Source of the DNA: Selaginella moellendorffii
Taxonomy: Eukaryota > Plantae > Lycopodiophyta
Length of the DNA: 7,688 nt
Assembly (NCBI RefSeq): GCF_000143415.4
Contig: NW_003314668.1
Location: 1-7,688 of the forward strand
Direction of reading: 5' to 3'
Of this stretch, positions 1 through 7,248 are shown in pieces. The notes below the pieces were generated by a model, which worked only from the letters and a program-made list of their open reading frames with translations, was not told the DNA's origin and ran no database searches. Each line of letters starts with the position of its first letter. Position 1 is the stretch's first letter. Made by a program: the position numbers and the translations under genes.

Positions 1-662
1 AAAATGGTCCGTTTTTTTTCTTGCAACGAGGCATGTCAGCGACGTCTACCATTAGCTCTCAGACTACCCACTGAGTTGCTACATTTTGAGAGTAATATTT
101 AATATTAGAAGTATTCTACTTTATATCATTAGCATTATTTCTGTATGTGTTTTTTAATAGAGAGAATGCTAATGTAAAATAAGTTATTATCTCTCTATTT
201 TCATGGATTTATATTTAAAATTAAGGCTTTATTACAATATTATAAAGGATGAAATTTTATAATGATAAATGAATGGCAAGGTTTTACTCTATACTGAGGT
301 AATAATGATATATAAAAATTTTCTTTATTCTAAAAATATAATATACCAGAAAATTCATAAATGGTATATAGATAGATTTAATATAATTAAAGTTCAATTG
401 ATGATGAATCACATTTCTTTAGATGGTTCTTGTACTAATGTTGTCTCAATGATATTTATACCTTATTATTTTTGTCATGTATAATTACAATGTAATAAAA
501 AATGTTAGAAAATTTATGATATTACATAAATCTTAGACTACATCTGAGCCAATTGAAATCTCAATATGTTTAATCATTGATGATTGTATTAATAGTCATA
601 TAAATTTGTATATACTTTTTTTGATAATATGAAAAAAGAGAAATCTCAGTCTTAGAAGTGAA

Positions 663-800
663 GCTGGGAGTGTCATATACATTTGAGTTGTTTAGTAATT
701 TGGAAAAGTTCCTTATTCTGCTTTTCATTTCTATTGTTTCTTTATATTTGAAAAGTTAAGAAACATATATATAAGATATTCAAGCATGAGATTTAATAGG
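663..800 (-). repeat. Dispersed repeat copy 1 (putative decayed Helitron 3' subterminal region)
   Basis: GCTGGGAGTGTCATATACATTT..TTTAGTAATT..GAAAAGTTC..CTTTATATTTGAAAAGTT..AGATATTT aligns by eye with 2777-2925 and 3523-3620. Similarity starts abruptly at (G)CTGGGAG, which is one arm of the hairpin seen at 2767-2783 and 7233-7247. The right boundary is approximate. Confidence 0.75.
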
Positions 801-927
801 TTGTATGTTAAAAGTTTTGAAAGTGAAGGTATGGCAAAGCACACTTGATTGTAAGAAGAACTTGAGCCTTTTCTGTACCATGATATTTTAATACATATTC
901 TGTAATTATATTAACCATGAAGGAAAT

Positions 928-951
928 TTCATTGGTATTCATTGGTATTCA
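928..951. repeat. 10-bp tandem duplication (TTCATTGGTA x2.4)
   Basis: TTCATTGGTA at 928-937 and 938-947, then TTCA at 948-951; read directly. Confidence 0.85.
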
Positions 952-991
952 CCAATGGCACATCAAGATTGTAAACATCTATCACTTTGGT

Positions 992-1123
992 NNNNNNNNN
1001 NNNNNNNNNNNNNNNNNNNNNNNNNNNNNNNNNNNNNNNNNNNNNNNNNNNNNNNNNNNNNNNNNNNNNNNNNNNNNNNNNNNNNNNNNNNNNNNNNNNN
1101 NNNNNNNNNNNNNNNNNNNNNNN
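992..1123. other. N run (assembly gap or masked sequence), 132 nt
   Basis: Continuous N characters. Confidence 0.99.
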
Positions 1124-1179
1124 CAATGTCCACATGTTATTGCCTCAACAATCCATACATGTTGGGCTTGTAGAATTGT

Positions 1180-1850
1180 TTGAAGTGTACAAAGCAGTGT
1201 CGCCCATGCAATGCAATTATATTCATCTCTTTCCAAGACAAATCTTGTGCTAATAAAACAAATGTTGATCTGAAGAAGCAACCACTATCTTTCATAATTA
1301 TTTTATTGTCATTGCTGAAGGGTAGGATAAAATCAGCAATGGTAGAGGATCCTATTGATCATCCACTGGATTGCGTATCTTGGCTATTGGATGCAACCCC
1401 ATATAAGCACCACCCACTACATAGAGTTGGCCATCCATAACCACATATGCACACAACTTTCAAGGACACAACATTGATGCCAAAGAACTCCATTGATTCA
1501 TATGTAGATCAATATAGAACTTTCTGTCAAGAGCTTGTCACACAAATTCTCCTATGTACTATAATCATCCACACTTTCTTGGCACTTCTAGGATTGAATG
1601 ATCAAGACCTCTTTCCCATGTTTGAGAAACACTGTTACGACCAGTACACCTTTAATCAATCCTTATACAGAACAATTGTCATGAAACTTGGCACTGGAGA
1701 CAAGATTCCTCCACACTCTGTTCATTTTATGCATTTGCCCGTGGGTTGATAATGGCACTCACAAGAGGCACCAGTACCCAGCATCATCATCTAATATAGG
1801 AATTAGTGTTGTTGTTGCCATGGTTGAGGGACCTATTTGCCCTGAATTCA
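1180..1850 (+). mobile_element. Degenerate LTR-retrotransposon (Ty1/copia-like) gag remnant
   Basis: ORFs 1180-1440 and 1447-1749 are in the same frame, split by one TAA. TTFKDTTLMPKNSIDSYVDQYRTFCQELVTQ..IIIHTFLALLG resembles the Retrotran_gag_2/UBN2 pattern (F..l.m...es+..Y+..f..+..eL.....++..fL..L). The same frame later gives C-C-C-C-H-G-*-G (1807-1830) with ICPEFK just after in a shifted frame, consistent with a broken CX2CX4HX4C zinc knuckle. There are several stops and no recognisable pol. Confidence 0.5.
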
Positions 1851-2766
1851 AGAGGCAGACTGTTCATCTCATCACCATCACCACCCATTATTATGGATCA
1901 TTCCATGTACTATTAACCTCAAAGAAAAGCTACCTACCTGATCATTGCCCTAGCTTTCTTGACATTGATTTGCTTCTGGCCATGACATTCTTGCTATAGC
2001 AATTCTCTAGCATTGCCTACCTCTATTCAATGTATCTCTCACATTCTCCTTGATGCCCATACCCAAGAATCAATAGGGCAAGTTCAACACCTAAAATAGG
2101 TTTTCTTTGTCATGTTACTGAAAAAAAAAGGGCCATAACATGTATAAAGTTTTTTTATTTCCTACAACATTCACAGCTCCAATGGTTTTATATTGGACAT
2201 TTAATTCTTATACAAGGAAAATATGTGGTTGAGGGAGATTAAATTTTATATTAGTTTTTTATTTTATTAGTGAGCTGTATTGGATTGAGTCTTTATAAAG
2301 TTTACAACATGTTTGAGATAACTATTTATCATGACACTTATATGAGCTTGGTTTACAAAGGTTATAGCCAATGAAATATAGAGGATTATAATTAAAGTTT
2401 GAACCTGCATAAAATTAACCATACCATTTGTTAACTTCTATGGTTATACTAATGTTATGTTAAATATTCTTGAGCAAGCCTGCCTTAGAGGATACTCATT
2501 TTCCACAAGCATTGTATTATATGCTAGATTATGCTATTTCCAGAAATCCTGCCAAGAGAGAAAAAGAAAAATTAACAAAGAATCTGATAATTGACTAACA
2601 AAGAGAAAGGTACTGACTACTTGTAGTGATTAACATGAGTTGTCACAAAAACTTGTGATCTAGCAACCCTAGAATGCATGGTCAATAGAGATGTCTGAAA
2701 CAAACACTACATGCTAAAATTACTGCTATTGGCAATATATTCAATCACACTCATCCAAGGCACAAG

Positions 2767-2925
2767 TCCCAGCTTTGCTGGGAGTGTCATGTACATTTTT
2801 GTTATTTAGTAATTCTGAAAAGTTCATATTCATCTTTATATTTGAAAAGTTCATACTAATCATAACATACATAACAATTCTAATATAAAAACACACATCA
2901 GAGATATTTAGCACCTTTAGTGGTT
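2767..2925 (-). repeat. Dispersed repeat copy 2 with intact GC-rich hairpin (putative Helitron 3' end, terminus decayed)
   Basis: Perfect 7-bp stem TCCCAGC-TTT-GCTGGGA (2767-2783), followed on + by GTGTCATGTACATTTTTGTTATTTAGTAATT... shared with copies 1 and 3. On the minus strand the hairpin is followed by CTTGTGCCTTG rather than a clean CTRR. Confidence 0.75.
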
Positions 2926-3522
2926 TGGACAAGACTGCCAATTTGGGATATATCACCATTCATCATACAAGTGTAATTAACTTTTATAATGTAGAATCAA
3001 AAATTAGATAGAGATATAGAAATATAAGTAGCTTTACATATGACAATTCATTTTCTTGACATGACAAGTCAGTTCCCATGTGTTCTTAACCAAACCCTAG
3101 TTAAAAAATCAAATTAGAATATCTATTAAATATCAACTCCTATTGTACAAATTATGTGTAGTACTAAACATCCAGCAGCAGCATTAACAACACTGATGCT
3201 AAGTGGTGGCAGAATTAGGAATGTCATATAACTTTGGTAAATCATCATAGGATAAAGGGTGAAAACCATGTGCGCTACAATAATTTCTCATACACAGTAT
3301 AAATGCTAAATTGGTCAACTCATTATATTGAGAACTAACTTTTTATGTGTCAATAGAGAATTAATTATCATTATATAAGATCACAATTACCATTAATAAT
3401 AATTTTTGTGATTGAGTTACTCTAGAGTAAATATATATTTTACAAACACTTCTTAATGCATCATAGTTATTTATAGTTAGATACAGAAGTTTTAGCTATA
3501 CAAATTTCCAAATATATATTTT

Positions 3523-3620
3523 CTGGGAGTGTCATGTACATTTCTGTTATTTAGTAATTTCTAAAATTTTTATATTCATATTTATATATAAAATTTTCAT
3601 ATTAATCTTAACATGCATAA
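3523..3620 (-). repeat. Dispersed repeat copy 3 (truncated inside the hairpin)
   Basis: CTGGGAGTGTCATGTACATTTCTGTTATTTAGTAATT...TTCATATTAATCTTAACATGCATAA closely matches copy 2 (2778-2874). Confidence 0.8.
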
Positions 3621-4280
3621 AAACTTTTCTGAAACCTTTATCAAAAGGCTAACATTATTAGTCATAGTTTTTTAAAAATTAATCTACTTTTCTAATAATA
3701 TGCAGAAGGAGAAAATTAATGGATGAATCATGAGCTAGAAACCCCACTTTTATTAAAGAATTAAAATAATACTTAATCAATCATAAATTATAAAGTATTT
3801 ATTAATATATTATCATTCTTGTCTGAAACTATATAATAGTGCAATAATGATTTGGAATGTGTTTAGAATTTTTAGACTTTCCCAAATACATATTGTATAC
3901 TCTAGTTTATTCTACCACCTAATAATTGATATACAATAAGATTAATCTTGCAAACTAAGTGTTTCTCTATGTAACACACTGTTATTTCATATTATATATG
4001 TGTTTGCCATAACAGTTTTTTAGTAACACAATTATCACAATAAAGGTTGAAACTCATATTCTTTATTGTTCATATATACTTTTTTGATATTTCAGATCTT
4101 CAGAGCTACCAAGTAGCTTTGGATACCATTCCATTGCATGTCCCACAACCAGAGCAAAATCACCATAAGACAATAACCAGCCTCAGGCTACTTTGGTCAT
4201 ATTATAGCAATAGATCATGGTGGTTCGATAATAGATCATTGTTCCCAGCAATCTCCTAATGTTTTGCATTACTATAAAGT

Positions 4281-4492
4281 NNNNNNNNNNNNNNNNNNNN
4301 NNNNNNNNNNNNNNNNNNNNNNNNNNNNNNNNNNNNNNNNNNNNNNNNNNNNNNNNNNNNNNNNNNNNNNNNNNNNNNNNNNNNNNNNNNNNNNNNNNNN
4401 NNNNNNNNNNNNNNNNNNNNNNNNNNNNNNNNNNNNNNNNNNNNNNNNNNNNNNNNNNNNNNNNNNNNNNNNNNNNNNNNNNNNNNNNNNNN
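4281..4492. other. N run (assembly gap or masked sequence), 212 nt
   Basis: Continuous N characters. The gap lies roughly between the AT-rich left part and the gene-fragment mosaic. Confidence 0.99.
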
Positions 4493-4859
4493 TATGCTCT
4501 ACTCTAACAGCTAAGAAGACCTCCCCTAGTGAGCACATGTTTCCTTCGGAAGCTTGCTTTTGTTACTGCTGCTCTTACCAAAAGGACAAGAAGAGGTAAA
4601 AAAAACAATAAGAGGCCAGGTGAGCAATGAGGCCGTGGTTGTGAAGTGGAGGTGATAGGCTCTGCGGAAGTGGAAGATTGCTTCCTGGGGTTTTCAAGGC
4701 TGCAGAACTTAAGCCTCTAGTTGGAGACGTGACTCTGACTTTTGAACTCTCTTGGGTAGGTCAGCTTTATAAATCTGTGAAACAAAGAGCTAAACTTCCA
4801 TTTTGGATTAACAATAAAACTGGAAAAACAGGAACTTTAATGAACAGGAAAGCATGAGA

Positions 4860-5176
4860 GTGAGGCACGTCACTTGGATTAGCTCATTGAGCTGCGTGTG
4901 AAGATATTTGGAATTCACCAGTGGACATCTTGAGCAGAGGCTGCCACAGCAATGGTAGTCGGGTCTTTGGCAACTGGAGAGCTCAATCAATCTCTTTGGC
5001 TGAAGTTACTCTAGATTATTTTTCAGTGGCTCCTCGATATTGATATCGATAAGATCGTTTGCTGGAAGGATCTCCTCAAGATCTTTGTGGACCAGTGATC
5101 GAACAGAGAGGGGTGCTCGGCTGTGATGTGTTACCACCACCACATTCTGCATAAACCCTAGCCTTAACCATTCCAT
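4860..5176 (-). pseudogene. Unidentified exon-like fragment
   Basis: The frame from 5176 reads MEWLRLGFMQNVVVVTHHSRAPLSVRSLVHKDLEEILPANDLIDINIEEPLKNNLE*LQPKRLIELS (stop at 5006-5008). It has protein-like composition and is followed by pyrimidine-rich intron-like tracts ending TTCCAG and TTCACAG. Family not recognised. Confidence 0.35.
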
Positions 5177-5327
5177 CTCGTGGCCACTCTAGTCTCTGGG
5201 ACAAAGGATCTAGCTCGCGGCCACTCTGGTCTCCAGGACAAAGGATCTAGCTCGCGGCCACTCTGGTCTCCAGGACAAAGGATCTAGCTCGTGGCCACTC
5301 TGGTCTCCAGGACAAAGGATCCAGCTC
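5177..5327. repeat. 37-bp tandem repeat, about 4.1 copies (minisatellite)
   Basis: Units start at 5177, 5214, 5251 and 5288; consensus CTCGYGGCCACTCTGGTCTCCAGGACAAAGGATCTAG. Units 2 and 3 are identical and there are no spacers. Confidence 0.97.
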
Positions 5328-5339
5328 CCAATCCTTGGT

Positions 5340-5800
5340 GGAGTCCATTCCATCCTCTTCTGTGACAACTGCCTAGAGTTAACAACTATTGTATTAAAAC
5401 CATGCACAACGTGCCTAACGGCCTCACTCTTGTCGAGACCCATTCTGATGAGTGCATCCAACAGCTAATCTGATCCATTGTGGAGGCAACAGCACAAGGA
5501 ACTCCCGCTGAATAAAGAGCTGCCAGCCATTCTCGTGGGCCAGCACCTGCAAAACAAGTTTCATGACAAACTGTAAACCTTGGATAGCTCTGTATATTTC
5601 TGATAGCCAATTCATCAATCCATACTCCGCCCAAGCTAGCTGGGAAAACAAAGTTACATTTCACTCTAACCTCTTCAGACTAACCACCCTTTCCAGGTCA
5701 TGCTTGGAGGTACTACAGACGATCAATCGCCGGATCATCTCCAATACTGCAAAAATGGTGAAAACAAAAAATCGATATAAAAAAGAAACCTTCCTCCAAC
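5340..5800 (-). pseudogene. Internal fragment of a plant HAD-like hydrolase/phosphatase gene (At3g10970-like; related to the plastid ARPP phosphatase/CbbY-like group)
   Basis: Spliced reading: LEE|VLEMIRRLIVCSTSKHDLERV|LAWAEYGLMNWLSEIY..|..GPREWLAALYSAGVPCAVASTMDQIS[frameshift]LDALIRMGLDK|AVVTEEDGMDS. This matches the recalled family pattern GL.(D/E)WL.A+..A.+PCAV.S.LDR.....AL.RMGL.KYFQAVV.EEDGM(D/E)S. GT-AG intron candidates: 5789-5747, 5684-5640, 5578-5547 (abnormally short) and 5427-5373. It is frameshifted, has small deletions and lacks both ends. Confidence 0.85.
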
Positions 5801-5831
5801 GATGTCCCAGTCTCTGCAGTTCCTGGGACTT

Positions 5832-6451
5832 TGTCAAGTCGGGAGTAGACTTGTACACGTCCATGGCTGTAACGCTTGAAAGCTGATGCCAGTCGGCACT
5901 CATGGCAAGATCTAAAACGAAAGGGACCTCAGCAGTAGTGATCTCGTCCAGGAGGGTGCCAAGAGCTGGTCGAGAGTGATCGGCAGCCTGTTGTCACAGC
6001 CTGGGACTCTTGTGAGCCAGATTGTGCACGAGAATTACCAAGTCAAAACTTTATATGGATCTGCTCTCAACAAACCATTCTTCAGCTGCTCTTCGTCATA
6101 TGATAGGTCATATATTGAACCAATTGGTAAACCATTCAAAGCAGAGTAAGGAAGAAATTTTTACCTGAAAGTTTACGCCTACTGAATCTATGTATCCTAC
6201 ACTGCATGAAACGCTTTCATGACACTTGATGTCTGGAAAAAAAATTGTTGATATCAGTGTTCATGCCACCACAGTGCATATTATGGAGGTCTTTCCAGCA
6301 CCCTGCCATGCCACTTGATTAGTAACATACGTGATTAATTAAAAAAAGTGATTTACCTCCAAACAAGAAGTCGTACCCATCTTAGTTTCATAGACACGCT
6401 CTTCGTCACAGAGTTAGTGCTACATAGTATAGTAGCTTGACTTAGACCTTC
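5832..6451 (-). pseudogene. C-terminal P-loop region of a plant lipase class 3 family gene (At3g07400-like), disabled fragment
   Basis: EGLSQATILCSTNSVTKSVSMKLRWVRLL[fs]LE|GAGKTSII...GYIDSVGVNFQ|DLSYDEEQLK..[fs]FDLVILVHNLAHKSPRL*QQ..RPALGTLLDEITTAEVPFVL..VYKSTPDLT follows, in order, the recalled family motifs EGL....FCTSDF..V.KEV.+R.RRVRLLGLEGAGKTS / Y.D..GVNLQ / DL+ILVHNLSH+IPR / PAL..LLDE.....+PWVL. Intron 6356-6303 is GT-AG. Intron 6164-6110 has a mutated acceptor (AT). In-frame stops (e.g. 5996-5994) and frameshifts are present. The lipase domain itself is not recognisable here. Confidence 0.85.
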
Positions 6452-7133
6452 CACAGAAATATTAACAATCTTCACACCCTCACTGTCCACAAAACCTTTT
6501 CTACATGAGTTTTCAGTTTTGTAGCACACCTGCACATTACCTGACGAGAATGAGCAACAAGACCTTGAGCAGCTCATCGTCTGAGGAACCAGAGGAGATG
6601 ACTCAGATGCTGGAGCTGGTTGTCGTCCCAGATTGGTTCTTCACTTCTCTGGAATTTTTTCTGGGCTACGAGAAGAGTGCCTCCATGGTTTATAGTCAGG
6701 TATATTGAGTTGCCTCCCATTAATCGATGAGAAGTTCTACTGCTAACCTCTTCCAGAGTTTTTGGTGCGGCTCCTTGAGAATCACTGGAGGATAATAACC
6801 GGAGGATGCAGCACTGTCTTCTTCTTCTCCTTGCTCTTGGCTGGAGGTGCTAAGAAAAGAAGCATTCATATTTCCAGATTTACCTACCAATCCGTGGAAG
6901 GCAGAGAAAAATATAAATTGAGAAACAAAAAGAGAAAATGCCAATCCGCAAAGAATCGGGCATCGAATTCTAACCTCCAGTGGAAAATATAAGTAGTCTG
7001 CAAGAACAGAATCCAGGAGAGAGTACATCTGCCCACTGCCTCTCCCGTCGCTGAACGCATTCTTTCCAGCCCTAAAAAGCCACATAAAATTTTTCTCTGA
7101 TTTGAAACGACATGACCTTCGACAATTAGATCT

Positions 7134-7144
7134 TGGCCGTTAGA
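7134..7144 (-). promoter_or_regulatory. MSA-like motif TCTAACGGCCA
   Basis: Exact match to the plant mitosis-specific activator consensus YCYAACGGYYA. It is a single copy and function is unproven. Confidence 0.25.
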
Positions 7145-7148
7145 TCTC

Positions 7149-7184
7149 AGCATATACCCAGAATAAGTGTCCCCAGTATATGCT
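7149..7184. repeat. 9-bp perfect inverted repeat with 18-nt spacer
   Basis: AGCATATAC (7149-7157) and GTATATGCT (7176-7184). Confidence 0.8.
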
Positions 7185-7220
7185 ATTATTATACCGGCTC
7201 TTTTGTTTAAATATATGAGT

Positions 7221-7248
7221 ACTAGCAGAGACCCCAGCTCCGCTGGGA
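7221..7248 (-). mobile_element. Helitron 3' terminus (hairpin + CTAG + target T)
   Basis: The minus strand reads T-CCCAGC-GGA-GCTGGG-GTCTCTG-CTAG-T. The GC-rich stem-loop (7247-7233) ends 11 nt before the terminal G at 7222, the end is CTRR, it is followed by T as expected for an A|T target, and the upstream sequence is AT-rich. Confidence 0.7.

Larger units (their letters stand above)
4493..7220 (-). mobile_element. Putative non-autonomous Helitron cargo region: mosaic of captured gene fragments
   Basis: At least two unrelated, intron-retaining, disabled gene fragments are joined without intergenic DNA, both on the minus strand. They lie between a Helitron 3' end at 7221-7248 and related hairpin repeats at 3523 and 2767 in the same orientation. 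Exact boundaries are not determinable and no Rep/helicase is seen. Confidence 0.5.

Noticed and set aside
269-484. 71-aa ORF as a real gene
   Set aside because: Extremely AT-rich, I/K/Y/N-biased, no recognisable motif; expected by chance in decayed repeat DNA.
930-957. tRNA-Met primer-binding site (CA-TTGGTAT..) upstream of gag
   Set aside because: Only TGGTAT matches TGGTATCAGAGC, and it sits within a short tandem duplication and hairpin.
917-1281. ORFs spanning the first N run, including a minus-strand stretch (YNCIAWATLLCTLQTILQAQHVWIVE) resembling a copia gag N-terminus
   Set aside because: ORF lengths are artefacts of the Ns. The minus-strand resemblance is short and conflicts with the longer, ordered gag signal on the plus strand.
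2643-2672. Plus-strand hairpin TCACAA/TTGTGA with CTAG 10 nt later, as another Helitron end
   Set aside because: The stem is AT-rich and only 6 bp, CTAG is followed by A rather than T, and there is no second copy in the window.
4259-4599. ORFs spanning the second N run
   Set aside because: They are open only because N codons contain no stops.
5153-5160. Telo-box/telomere-like AAACCCTA (also at 3092-3099)
   Set aside because: Isolated single 8-mers, not arrays, and without supporting promoter context.
5177-5327. CRISPR array (37-bp repeats)
   Set aside because: The units are contiguous with no unique spacers, there are no cas genes, and the context is eukaryotic with spliceosomal introns.
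6205-6221. Hairpin CATGAAA-CGC-TTTCATG
   Set aside because: It lies within a recognisable coding exon and is likely coincidental.
5563-6992. Plus-strand ORFs 5563-5886, 6505-6708 and 6762-6992
   Set aside because: They are antisense shadows of minus-strand fragments and have no recognisable domains.
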